This document shows, one piece after another, positions 1 through 12,300 of a stretch of 64,000 nt of DNA. How positions within the stretch are numbered: position 1 is the first letter of the stretch; every line of letters starts with the position of its first letter. The stretch spans positions 4,898,001 to 4,962,000 of the forward strand of contig OZ038378.1 of the NCBI GenBank assembly GCA_964036045.1, in the 5' to 3' direction. The notes below the pieces were generated by a model. That model had not been told where the DNA came from. It made no database searches and was given only the letters and a program-made list of their open reading frames with translations. The stretch comes from Eutreptiella sp. 'Long Island Sound 2002' (taxonomy: Eukaryota > Protista > Euglenida). The position numbers were made by a program, and so were the translations under genes.

Positions 1-9
1 GGAACCTAC

Positions 10-64
10 CACCAGCGTAGAGCTGACAAAGGGAATCATGGACGGAGGACTCAGAACAGGAAAA
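10..64 (-). other. candidate 55-nt exon, possibly the first coding exon (MIPFVSSTLV) of a gene running off the left edge
   Basis: Strong polypyrimidine tract plus CAG acceptor (tttttattttttatgcag, 65-85 on minus), GTAGGT donor ending at 9, ATG at 39-37. No homology recognised. Confidence 0.3.
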
Positions 65-1499
65 CTGCATAAAAAATAAAAATTGAACTTTAAAGCTAAT
101 CGTTCACAGCATGCATACACACCACCGGAAAACAAAACTGACATGGTATCTATTACTAACACGCGGCCAAAAAATACAAATAGTCCTTGCTTTACAAAAA
201 AATCAGTCTGCTACACCAAGGACTGGAAAAAACCAACTGCAAGAAGTGTTCAAACAAAAAATGAAAAAAGAACAAAATTCATCCCTTGCCGGCTGACAGG
301 CAAACACAAAGTGAAATCCCAAGCAACAATTGTGCAGTGCTAAACCTCAGTACTACTCTCGTTTAGTACTGTACACATCGGTGAAGTGTCACAAGTTGAA
401 TGATTTTACTTCGTTGTTGAATTAATCCATAGCTTTATTGACCAGTGCTGGCACTTGCCGGTGCACACGGAAAACAAAAAGAATGAAATCATCCAACCAC
501 AGCAACAAGAAAAGCTAAAACAACACTGCACACATGGGATGAGGTGCAGTGCACCTCCTTTTGCTTGTTGTACTCCACTTCTGTTTTGCTTGGACTCTGA
601 TGTTTCCAACCAGCCTGCACACAGGAAAAGAAACATAGATACTTGCAATATATGCAATAGTCGCAAGTAGTGCCATCAACAGAATGCTCTCTCGATGTCG
701 CGCAGCACGTTAGCAACAACTCTCACAGAGCACTGTACCCTGAGTGCTGCGAGACCAAGGGCGAAGCCAAACAAAGGAAAAGAGAGCAAGCCGATGCATA
801 CGTATACACTCACAAACACAATACACACGCAAATACTTACATACTCAACACATGGCACAAACTCACTTTCACATTCAACTCATTTGCATGCAGATCCAAG
901 CTGAATTACATAACACACCAGTTTGTGCTCACTCAAAGCTCAAAGAAACCAAGAAACCAAGTAAAACCAAACCACCGAAGCGCCACACTAGCGGTGCACC
1001 CTTGTACCACGATGGAGCTGCCCACCTTAGCTTGCCACTGCTTCCAAAAGCTTCCCAAAGAAAAACGGCTCAAAAGCATTAACACATTGCGGACACGTCA
1101 CTGGGGTAAGTAAAAAATGTCAGAACCAAAAGGGATGGGGTGTTCCACCCGTCGTAGGCTGTGTAGGCGCGTCACACCTAGCCGGAATCACTCACCGAAG
1201 CCGAATTACTCGGCATAAACAACACGTGCAGCACCCTTGGACCGACCCAACAACTGCATCACCACACTGAACCATTGCCGTCGGACGCTAACAGACCAAA
1301 GAACCACAAAACTATGAGAGGCTACCAACACACGTAGGTACGGAAGCTACGCACTAGCGCGCACACCACAGGGCATCACACTGCAAAAACAACAGCAAGA
1401 AGAAAGAAGAAATGCACATCAGCATGCTAACAAAGCCGACATAAAAGTTCACAAAGAAGGCTGCTACACATTGGTAAAAGAACCGGCAACCTCCGCTTC

Positions 1500-4237
1500 T
1501 TCGTCAACAATTTCCCCTTGGTGCCCCTTGATTCATCGTGCTTGTCATTGCGTGTGAGAAGGTTACGTGCTTCGAGGCTAGACTCAACGGACCCATACTC
1601 GTTGCAACTTTCGGATGTTGCGGAGACTGCACTGCTTTAGAAACAGCTCGACTCAGGCGAAACGGATCATCAAAGAGCAGCGCACCTGTGGACCGGGTCT
1701 CAGTTTTAGCTTCTTGCACTCCGCAAACAGCACCAACAGCAAAAATGCAATCTGACGCAAGCTCACTATCTGCAATCAGTTCAGGTTCTTCGGACACCAA
1801 GGCAATCAGGGCCGCAATGTGTGCGACAACGTAGTGATCCCAACTAGACCAGTTTTGTAACCTCTAAAGTCGTCCTGAACCTTTGGGAGGCATTGGCAGT
1901 CTCAAAAGCAACGAACTTCGCGTTCGAGCTGTGATCCGTGCTCACGGTACCACTGTAAGGTACACTTGCTAACCATCAAGAAGCACTAGTTGGTAGACAT
2001 TCACTGCAAAGCCCTTGCCGAAATTGAATAATAGGATTGTAATGGAATTACCTAAAGTCACTATTTTCCCGGCGAAGCCCCCCTGCGTCTCTCGAGCATC
2101 CACGATGACGCAAAGTTTAGCACGGAACCAGTACGAAAATAATCCTATTGTTCTGCACGGTAAAAGCAATTAATTAGATATAAGCAATTTGATCATAACA
2201 TACAACAGGCTGTGTGCTGTGTGCATGCGCACGTCCCGCTGTGTCGCCGTTTGCATGTGCTGAGGTCCATTACAAAGACTAGTTGCAAACATTTGAAGTA
2301 AGGAGAAAATTTATGATGCAGTACAAAAGCAAGTACAAAACACGTGTATCTCTTCATGGGAGTTCAACAAAGACGTTAAAGATTTGTTACATCGAATCGC
2401 AGCAAAGCTACTTGGAAAATGCTACGCAGAAAAGTAAAGAAAAGAAAGCGTACAAAATAAATAAATGGAAAGAAAATGGTGCGGAAGCATGTGTTGCATC
2501 TAACATGTTGTAATACTGTTGAAGTAAATGCATCACGTCTTCTGGAGCAGTGTAGATTGTGCCGCAACGTCGAACAAGTATGTTAACTATTCCCCGGGAC
2601 GCGTCACATCTTCAAGAACAAGTCTCATGTCTTCTCGAATAGTATGGACTGTTGCAGACATAATGGTTATGCTTTTCCGGTAGATGTATTATGACTACAT
2701 CCTGCTACAGCCATCCACACAACCATGCGCCCGGACTTCTGGGCCTTGGCACGCCGGTTGTTTCACTCAGTGGACATGGTCGGGTAACATGGTAGGCGAA
2801 CACATTTGTCGTCGCGAGAGGGCTAACTTCAGACTTTGTAAAAGATTTGCAGAAGTCATTCCCTGCGCGGTGGTGCTGATGACTTCAACGAGAGAGGTGC
2901 CGTGGCCATAAGATCACCGTGTAGCTAGTCCAAGTCATCTTCTACTCCCCCAGAAGTTGGCTTGTTCCAGTTGGCCTTCAGTGTCTGTTCTCATTGAGGT
3001 TAGATTAGCTCTGTACAAGATTCACTCGTTGGGGGCCATAGAAGCGGCTGTGTATCCTATATGAACAAGAACTTGATCCCGGGGTCAAGGGAATATCAAA
3101 TAGTGTCACTGGCGGCAGCATAGGACCCGGAGAGTTGTCACACGCTGAGAATTGGTCGGACGTTGTGTGTTCCGTTGAACGTTCACGCGTTGCCAAATAA
3201 CTGGGTGTGCCCGAATTCTCGTGTGTCCCCTAAATTACCTTCGGGCCCTGGACGGTTTGGTGTTTCCGTCAGAGCATAGATTGATAGTTCCGTTGAACTC
3301 TCAAGCATTGGCAAAAAGCCGCTATCATCCGCACTCCTCGTTATCCTTCGGCTGTTGTTGGTCTCGTGACCCTGGTGGACGATGGCCAGTTTGCACCTTC
3401 ACTTGGTGAGGGGCCCTTGTTGCGGCGATGGTTGTTGCCCATGGTTGCCCGGGCAAGAGCATAGCCTGGAGTTGGCGGTTCCTATATTGTGTTGGCCGCA
3501 GCGAAGGACATAATGCCGTACCTTTCTTGCATTAGTATTGCCTTTGGTGTTTTTTGCCACTTGGTTGATTGGAGCAGTTTAGGCTTGGCTGGGCACCTAT
3601 ACTCCTGTTCCTCCATGCATTGATATTTCCGCGTTCACTAGAAGGGAACAACCAAAGTCAACACAACCGATTCAACACTCCGCGGTCCCACGCTAGTTCA
3701 CTTTCTTCCCTCCTCCTCTGTACACACAGTACTCTGTCTGCCGCGTGAATGCCATCAAGTGACCGTCCAAGAACACAGCCCCTAGAGATGTACCCAAGGA
3801 TTACTACCCAAGCTAGAAGGAGAACCAATACCCGCACCAAGCAAAGCCGGAGACAGAAAGTTCGGCCCTGCTCGCTGAAAACGATATCCACGGTGCCACG
3901 GGAACCGTAACTTCCAATCCTACAACATCTTCGAGGTTGTCCAAACCCGTGCCACCAAGTGTATTGCCGTAAAACATGTGTTGCGAGTTGCTGAAATTCT
4001 TGTTTGTGCTGGCTGCATTGCAATTGGCTATTTAGCATGCTGGAAAACGCCAAACTGGCCCAAAGATAGGTCCGCAGGGCTGCCTGCAGGGATTGGTTCA
4101 CCATTGCGATCGACAGAAGCAGCTGCGCGTAGCAGCTGGCGGCATCTGGCGGCTTAATGGGATCTGTGCATTATTGGACGCCGCTTTCTGGATAGGACTT
4201 GCCCAGTTCCCCTACATCAGCAAAAAGCTGATGAAAT
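1500..4237 (-). pseudogene. putative decayed processed (retro)copy of a trans-spliced mRNA, product unknown
   Basis: Starts directly after the SL relic. An ATG 20 nt downstream is followed by TAG. Open stretches of 60-148 codons are broken by stops. The region lacks the microsatellites and G/C homopolymers typical of the rest of the window. 3' end not defined and no poly(A) seen. Confidence 0.45.
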
Positions 4238-4263
4238 TGAAAAAAAATGGACACTCAGAAAAT
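4238..4263 (-). other. spliced-leader (SL) relic, a DNA copy of the euglenid 26-nt SL exon
   Basis: Minus strand reads ATTTTCTGAGTGTCCATTTTTTTTCA versus Euglena SL ACTTTCTGAGTGTCTATTTTTTTTCG (recalled): 23/26, all three differences are transitions. Not followed by a GT donor, so not an SL RNA gene. Confidence 0.85.
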
Positions 4264-4324
4264 GTTTAAAAAGCCACAATGTGTTTAGGACAATACAGTG
4301 CATGCGGCTACAATGGTAACATTG

Positions 4325-4640
4325 ATCTTTGTTGGGTGGGGTCAAAGGGGGGGGGGGGTTAACACACAAAACCAAAAAATGGAGGTATGTCATTTATTGC
4401 CATGTATGCAATCTCTGCAACATGATTCATGATTTCAGTGTTAGAGGGGTTGAATTCTGGATTTTTGAACCCCTCAAAAAAAAAACCAGCACCCAGGTCT
4501 CGGGGGGCTGGGCCGTCAAAACTGGAAAGTTCCTTGGATGGCTTCACCGTAAGTAAAACATCAAATTTCTTACATTGGGGTGTACTACCCAATTACCCCC
4601 CAAAGCACGGGGAATATGGTGCTCGTGCCTCTGCTTAGTC
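4325..4640. repeat. interspersed repeat with G tract and internal hairpin
   Basis: Poly-G/poly-A tracts, ggggttgaa...ttgaacccc core, and related sequence in reverse near 43960-44020. Confidence 0.45.
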
Positions 4641-5123
4641 TAAGAACCATCTTCGACGTGACTTTCACCAACATGTGAGCAGACTTTGTGCCAAAAAAAA
4701 AAAGGTGTGCTGGAGGTTTCCTAAGTATTTGCAGGAAAAACCCATTCCCAGTAGGCACACGCAAAAGTGGCGCCTACACTAGAACATGTTGTGCCTATCC
4801 GACTGATGTTGTTGGTACTTACATGGGGATGTCCATGGCACACACCAGATACCATGACCCCAAAAGAACACAAGCACCAAGCATGCGCACTGAAAGACTT
4901 TGACCTCAGGAATAGAAAGGCACAGAGGGCAGGTATGGCCATCCATAATGAGGAGGTACACGGTGCAACAGAGGGACAAAGCAATGTCAAAATCGATTTC
5001 CATTTGCATGGAACTCCAGGAAAAAGCATTCCTACATGAACTGATTTCTCCGTTGCCACAGTGTGCACATGTGGGCACACTCATGCACACGCACAAATAC
5101 ACCCAGATTTTTGTCTACACAAC

Positions 5124-5155
5124 ACAGCACAGCACAGCACAGCACAGCACAGCAC
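5124..5155. repeat. (CAGCA)n microsatellite
   Basis: Direct inspection. Confidence 0.9.
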
Positions 5156-5533
5156 AACACAGCCACCTGGTATGCGCCTACCCAGACAAGGCTTTGGGTG
5201 AGGCCCCGTCCAGATAGTTGGGGGCCACAGAGCAAAAGGAAAGGGCTCTGGGCGCTGTGAACCAACACAAGGGTTGGATCCAAAGGTTGCAGCAACAAGA
5301 AGTGTGCTGTATGATCAAAGGGCAAAAGCGTATTGATTACACCCATGCACGCACCCACCATATAATGACCCCCTTGCGACGATCACACTTCCCCAGCAAT
5401 GGTACAACACAACCATCAGCCGCAAACCACGCCCACATTCTGGCAGCCCACAGTCCAACCACCACAGCCACCCGCCACACACATCCAAAAGAGGAACCCG
5501 GACGCCAGCAAGCCCTGCTGCCTGCTCCAACTT

Positions 5534-5712
5534 AACACAACACAACACAACACAACACAACACAACACAACACAACACAACACAACACAACACAACACAA
5601 CACAACACAACACAACACAACACAACACAACACAACACAACACAACACAACACAACACAACACAACACAACACAATACAGCACAACACAACACAACACAA
5701 CACAGCACAACA
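5534..5712. repeat. (CACAA)n pentanucleotide microsatellite, about 35 units
   Basis: Direct inspection. Explains the TTQHN and VVLCC repeat ORFs. Confidence 0.97.
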
Positions 5713-8089
5713 CAAAATACACATCCTGCACATGGACACTGCATATGGATACTGATGTGTGGCATGTGGTACATCGTGACTTGGGCCATCTTTGTGTGTT
5801 AACTTCTGGACAAACCATTGTTCTCATGATGTGTAAATTCACACCAGCCTCTTTGACTAGACCTTCAGAATTCAGTACTTACATTAGATTACATGGCCTC
5901 CCGCACAGCAGCTTTGAACAATGCTTGACGATGATTGTGGAAATGCAACAGGGTAGGTAAGCCCACAATTAACTTTCTGCTGTGTGATATTTCACAAATC
6001 TGTCCCAAAATCGAAACTGAACGAAAATACGTATTCAGTTGTTGTTGAACTCAAGAATCGGTTGCATGAGAACATGCAGAGTGAGGCCAGGCCTTAGTTG
6101 TGACCTTGTGCGATGAAGGCACAAATCAGAGCACGGTATCGGTTCAACGAGACAAGGAAAACAGAAATGAGCCACATCTTCAGCTTGCCTCTTCACTCAG
6201 TACTCTGAAGCCATCAACCAAGTGGCTTGCAAGATCGGAAAGAGGGAGAGTGGGGAGGATGCATGATGGCACCTTTGTCATCACATCAACACCATGCAAA
6301 CATTTTCTGACGGGGTAAGACTGGACATGCCTCCTGTATGGCTGGCCGCTGCTGTGACTATTGTGAAATGTGAAATACCTACCCTTTGTTCTTGAGTTGG
6401 AGGCAACTATGATATGGTATTTCGCTTTGTCCGTTGTGTTGCTATCTGGTCGGTTAGCGATTCCTCACGATGCCAGTTGGGAATCAAATGACTGCGGTAA
6501 AGGTACATCCTGATGCACAAACCCTGGCTCTCTTCACCCATGCCAATGCGACACCTCTTTGTCCCGTTGAGGGCCCACAGGCATCACTGCCTGGGCCAGC
6601 AGGTGGCGGGACCGAAATTATGAAAGATTCATTGCACCCAGGATCTTGACAGAGTGGGTCTTTAGTTGCCAAGTCTTGAGTCGCATCACACACGTGGTCA
6701 ATCCCCCGAAATCATTCAGAAATGGGTGTGAGAGCCTGGGGAAATGGCTGGAAAGGGTGCAGTCAGTGACGGGAGCAAAGATTCAGCGGACACTGCCCTC
6801 AAATACACCGAAGAAAGGGTTTAGAGAGGGATCAGGCGGACACGGGGCTGGGGTCTGGAGTACGGGTTTAGCAAAACGAGCTCCGCCATGCGATGGGGTA
6901 TGCTTCATGTCAGAGACTCACCAAGCTAAGAGTGCCTGATCCTGAAAACCCACGTCAGCACGTTCCACGCACTTCCACGTTGGTGCGGCACGTGCACGCG
7001 CACGAGCACGTACAGAATCAGCAATCACGCAAAAATTTCTCGATGCGCGAAGCTCAGGAGGGGCGGTCGACCACCATGAACTGTCAGGTTCCCACCAACC
7101 GCCGCCAGTTCACCATCGACCGCTGTAGCAGAACGCCAACCAGCGCTCCGGTGGTGCCCAGCAGACGGAGCGGGAAGTCATCGGAGACCCTCCTGGTCCA
7201 GTTCGAAGGACTTGACCCAGCCCGTGCAGGGGTTTTTGTGCACCACTGGTGGCCTGCTCTCGCATGAGGCACATCCAGAGACCGGACTTGCTGCGCGCAG
7301 TTGGGCGCTGGTCAATGGGGCAGGGGTTCTGGTTTCGTGGTCACTAATACGGCCCTGGGCAGTGCCGAGGCAGTGCACGTGCGGAAGTGGATGGGAATGG
7401 AACGGACCGGAGGGAGGCGACCCTGAAGGCAGTCCGGACCTCCCCAATGCCCCCTGGATCCAGCGGGTACCTGGGCCGGGGTGTTGCATGGGGGGCGCAC
7501 CGTGCTGTTCCCTCGACGGCCCGGTCCAGCCCTGGGGACTCCCGCCCAAGAGCCTTCGGTGGTCATCCCGACGCAGGTACCACCCACTCCCCGTAGCTCC
7601 GTAGGGCCATACATATGCAGAGGGGAGGCGCCCCGCCATCCCCCCGTCCGCCTCCTCACATTCCAGGGACATCAGCGGAGGATCCTTCGCGAGCACCGCG
7701 CGCGCGGTGTGTGGGACACTCCCCTTGGGCGAAGACAGGACGAGATAGTTCTTGCGGTCCAGTGCACCGCAGGTCAGGAAACGCCTAATACCACTAAAGA
7801 CGACTGAACAGTCGCTGGGGGTGACGGCAGGTTCTTAAAGAGGGGGAAACAACCCCTTCCCCGTAGTTCTGACTCAAAACCGGGGGATTGAAGGAGCCAC
7901 AGCGGTTGGCCAACCATTGACCACAACCGGCAATGAAGGGAGTTCAACGGCGGGTGGGGGCTGTCGTCACTTGAAAAACAAAGGCAGGGTCCTCACAGTC
8001 CTGTCCATTACCGGACAGAGCCGCTGCTTATGCCCCGTGGGATTACATTAAGTTAAGAATGGGAAGCCCAATGGGCCCCACGACAGCTA

Positions 8090-8620
8090 CACTCCACGCC
8101 AGCTCAGAACAAAGTCGAATTCATGTGAGACATTGCGCCTCCCAAATCCAAGATTCGAATTCCGACGGAACCAATACTCAGTGCTGCCGAGTGTATGGGC
8201 ACCAATGACGGAACAAGTCAATATAAGTACCTTCGTAACCCTGTGACCCAGCAGCCCTTTGGGTTTGACCACACGAAGGCCAGGGAAATGCGGCGCGGGG
8301 CAGTCCTACGGCGGCCTTCATTTATAACACAAGCTATTACTCATGATTCAGCAGCAATGCTAATCACACACAATGCAGCTTCCAGCCTCGACCCGAGTGC
8401 CTGAGCAGCCTGACACATCAATTGCACGGAAAAAACCTCGTCCTAACAACTTTGTGGCCTGCTTACCCTCTACCCCACCTGTGCAGCATGGGAACACGCA
8501 AAGGTTTGGGTGGACACAACGCATTGAGCATCCCCACTCCCCAGGTCCTGAGCAAGCAATTGCTTCGTGGGCAGGGGGGTGGGGGGTCTCTTTTGGGGTG
8601 CCGGGCAGCTCAGGCCAACC
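8090..8620 (+). mobile_element. decayed LINE-like RT C-terminal fragment
   Basis: Broken frames give NKVEF...SQYKYLR (LINE thumb YKYLG-like) and RKGLGG. Stops and frameshifts present. Confidence 0.3.
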
Positions 8621-9143
8621 AAACCAAACATACCCCCTGGGGGAGGGGGGGGGGCAGCTAGCCTTAACCCCCAACCCCATAATCCCAGTCGGCTGTAGCT
8701 CGCAGGAAGGACGTCATGCCATTCGGGACTGTTGGTAGTGCTTGCCCTTGACATGGGCAAATAAGCAGAAATGAAATGGGGAGTCTGGAAATTGTGACAT
8801 CAATGAGCCACAGCCAACCGTTCGATTTTCGTGACAAAGCAATTGCTTGGTCCTGAGCAACACCTCCAAAATCCTCGTACAACAGCATACAGACACTCCT
8901 ACGTAACAACAGCCCTCCCGGAAACTGCCCGTACAAATCACACGCGCGCGCACACACACATGCGCATATACACACCGTCCTCCACTCCGTCACAGGAAAC
9001 TCCGAGCATTGACACAATCCCTGCCTGCAGAAGGGCCCCGTCGGCTGTCCAGGCTAATTGCAGACAGAATTTCGTTGAATCACAGAGAATCGCATGGCTC
9101 CAACTTCAACACGGACACCAACTACAGACCCAGACTAGGTGGG

Positions 9144-9308
9144 TCATATCTGGGTTTGAGCTTCTCCAATAAATGCAACAAACTCTTCTTGCATTGCGAA
9201 ATACAGCACCAAATTTGCAGGTAAGAAATATGCCTTCCCAGCCTCAACAATCATCCCACGGGGAGGGGACTGGCAACCCATGACGCAGTAGAACAGCTTG
9301 GCAATGCC
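9144..9308 (-). CDS. MPI: MPI terminal exon
   Basis: tttgcag|GIAKLFYC...VEAGKAYFLPANLVLYFAMQEEFVAFIGEAQTQI*, resembling the PMI C-terminal GxVFFIxA...F..YRA strands. Confidence 0.8.
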   Translation of the reverse strand, partial: GIAKLFYCVMGCQSPPRGMIVEAGKAYFLPANLVLYFAMQEEFVAFIGEAQTQI

Positions 9309-12300
9309 CTGCAAACACCACGAACAGGGTCAACACCAGGGCTGGCGTCACGGTAACCAAACACAGCCACACAGTCGCAGCACTGGCTTTTGCAAGGACT
9401 GATTGACAGCCCTGTCCATTTCCCTTTTCTGAACAGTCGCACTCCCAAGCTGATCATTTCGCGTCTTTGGCACGGGTCTTTGGCACTAGTGGCCACTATG
9501 TGGGTCCCCATGGGCACTCAAGTACCCATATTGTCACCAAATGATCACCCAAACCCATCCTAGGGGCAACAGAAGGTTTTCGGAAAAGGTCAAAACGTGA
9601 ACGAATCTCCAAGTGTCACTAAACAGCCTATGCAACAGCAATTTTGGGGCTTCCAGAGGGCCCATGGCACCGGCTACATAGGCCTAGTAGCCACTCCGTG
9701 GGTCCCCATGGGTGCTCAAATACCCATATTGTCATCAAATGATCACCCAAACCCATCCTAGGGGCAACGAAAGGGTTTCATGAAAAATTGAACTTCAAAA
9801 AACTTCCACGTGCCACTAAACAGCCTATCCAGTGTGAAACCGGCTAAGGCCTCACTGGCAAGGGGCCATAGGGGGGGGGGGGGACTGGGGGTACCCCGAG
9901 TGGGGACCCGGGACCCCCGCCATGGGTTATACTAAGCCCTTGGGAGACCCCCCCCCAAAAGGTGAAAAACACGGAAATACGGCCTGAAACATGGTTTACA
10001 TAGTTTGGATGGTCGTTTTGTGTGGTCACCAAATTAAAAAAAAAATTTCGGAAACTTCGATTTTTGAGCTGCCCAGGGTGAAAAACTACAGCGGGTTGTG
10101 TACCAATCCCTTGGGAGACCCCACCCCCAGCACCCAATACCCAAATAAGGTGAAAACCACGTAAATACGGCGTAAAACATGCTCTACATACCTTGGATGG
10201 TCATTTTAGGTGATCACAACATAAAAAAAAAAGTTTCGAAAACTTCGATTGTTGAGCTGCCCAAGGTGAAAAACTGCAGGTTGTCCACGGCCCATTCACT
10301 CATGTAAGCCATTATTGGTGGAAACAGTCATCTCACGTCTATCGCACGGGTTTTGACCGGCCCTCGGCAGGGCTACAGACTGCAAAAAACGTCCTTTCGT
10401 ATCCTAGTAAGCATAAATTGTCACAACATCCCCACTCACACCCCTCAAAGTGGGTAGCACGGGGTCACAGAGGTCGCCAAAACCGCCAACATACCAAGAA
10501 TGGTTGAAAAGTGCATAAACTACCTGAGCGCTCGTCCCACTTAGCCCCATACAAACCCCATGGAGTCGGGACCCGGAAACACTTTTTCAGCTCAAAACCA
10601 AAAAAACCAAAAGATTTTTGATTTTCGACCCAAAAAAAAGGGGGGATCGATTTTGGACCCCCACCCCACCCCTCCCCTCCCTCAAAAGCTCCAAAAAGTG
10701 GGTTTCAAGTGGGGGGGTCTGGGGGGGGGGGGGGGCGGACCAAAAACTCATTGGGGGATATGTTTATTGGACAAAAGAATGACTTTACAAGTGTTAAACT
10801 AATAATTCAACACCTTGGGGACGGGTACGCGAATAGGCCCAAAAAAGCCCAAAATGGGGGGCTATGTGGCGTTTTCCCCCATATACGGGCCTGCGTGGCT
10901 TTGATCTAACAACCTTTGCGAGGTGATTTTGGGGCTTTCGGAGGGCCCATGGCACTGGCTACATAGGGCCAAGGGGGTACTAAATCACCTCGAAGAGAGG
11001 CTGTTAGATCAAGCGTAGGCGCGAGCGTCGTATACCCCCCGTTTTTTGGGGTCGTTCACATAGCATACCCCAATGTATGGTTTGTGACGTCTAACCCCTT
11101 GTTAAATCATCATTTTAGGACCAAAAATGATCCCCCAATGATTTTTTTTGGATTTTGACCCCCCATACCCCCCCCCCCCGCACCTGGGGGGGTGGGGGGG
11201 GGGATCAAAACTTCTTTGCGTATTGTGGCCGCTGTGTGTGTAAATGGACCTGGGTTGTGAAGAACTTTTTTCTTGTATATGGACCCCCTAACCCATGGCG
11301 GGGGTCCCGGGTCCCCACTCCGGGTACCCCCAGTCGCCCCCCCCCCCCCCTATGGCCCCTTGCCAGTGAGGCCTTAGCTGGTTTCACACTGGATAGGCTG
11401 TTTAGTGGCACGTGGAAGTTTTTTGAAGTTGGATTTTTCATGAAACCCTTCAATTGCCCCTAGAATGGGTTTGGGTGATCATTTGATGACAATACAGGTA
11501 TTTGAGCACCCATGGGGATCCACAGAGTGGCTGCTAGGCCTATGAAGCAGTCTGCCAAAATTAGTACCCCCTTGAGCCTCCCAAGCAAATGGAACATGAA
11601 CAAATCGAGGGTACACTTTTCAGAGCAAACGTCACTTGAAGAACCAAGTCAATTTCATCTGCTTTTTTGCATTGGAAACACCAGCACAGCCATGGGCCAC
11701 AGCTGCAGAAGATGCTGCATTAGCTCCATGAGCCCCTGTAACACAAACATCTTCATCCTCCACAATTTTAGCAACATCATCCAGAATATTGTACAATGTA
11801 CATGCAAAGAAAATTACACATGCACCTGCCCAAAATTAGTACCCCACCAAGATTAGCCTTATTTAGCATTCTGCCGAAATTAGTACCCCGGGGTAGTAAT
11901 TTTTGTTTGGGGGGGAGGTTAATCAATTCTCTTTCTGCTAGTCAAAGATCTAACAGTTTTGTCACAAAAGGGTTGTGAATCTGCAGCACTTTAAGAACAG
12001 GAGTTTGTGTGGGAACCCATTTCAAGACTTGCAGCTTTGCGTTGGGCTGTGGTTTGGCAGCCTGACATCTCCAGTGGTGGGCATGCAAGGGGGTTTCTGG
12101 ACCATGGGAATCCGTAAGCGAGAAGACCTTGAAGCGGCCTTTTTGGGACCAATGGGGCCACTCCTGAGACACCACATTGTCCCGCCCCCGTGGGCCCAAG
12201 TGGATGGTGGATAAAATCATTTTTGACCATCGTTGAGCATGGGAAGTTGGTGGTGGCCTAATTGATCCCTGTAGTGGCTTTGAAACCACTTGGGACCAGA

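Noticed and set aside
4860-5306. exon-like segments with AG/GT flanks (e.g. 5167-5306)
   Set aside because: No recognisable protein and no consistent phase chain could be built.
5315-5842. ORFs of 85-175 aa with VVLCC or TTQHN repeats
   Set aside because: Translations of the (CACAA)n microsatellite.
5900-5990. LFKAAVREAM* as an alternative MPI C-terminus
   Set aside because: The 9144-9308 exon fits the PMI C-terminal pattern better and already ends the gene.
6960-7810. GC-rich ORF cluster, possibly a retroelement fragment
   Set aside because: No diagnostic motif in any frame; left unassigned.
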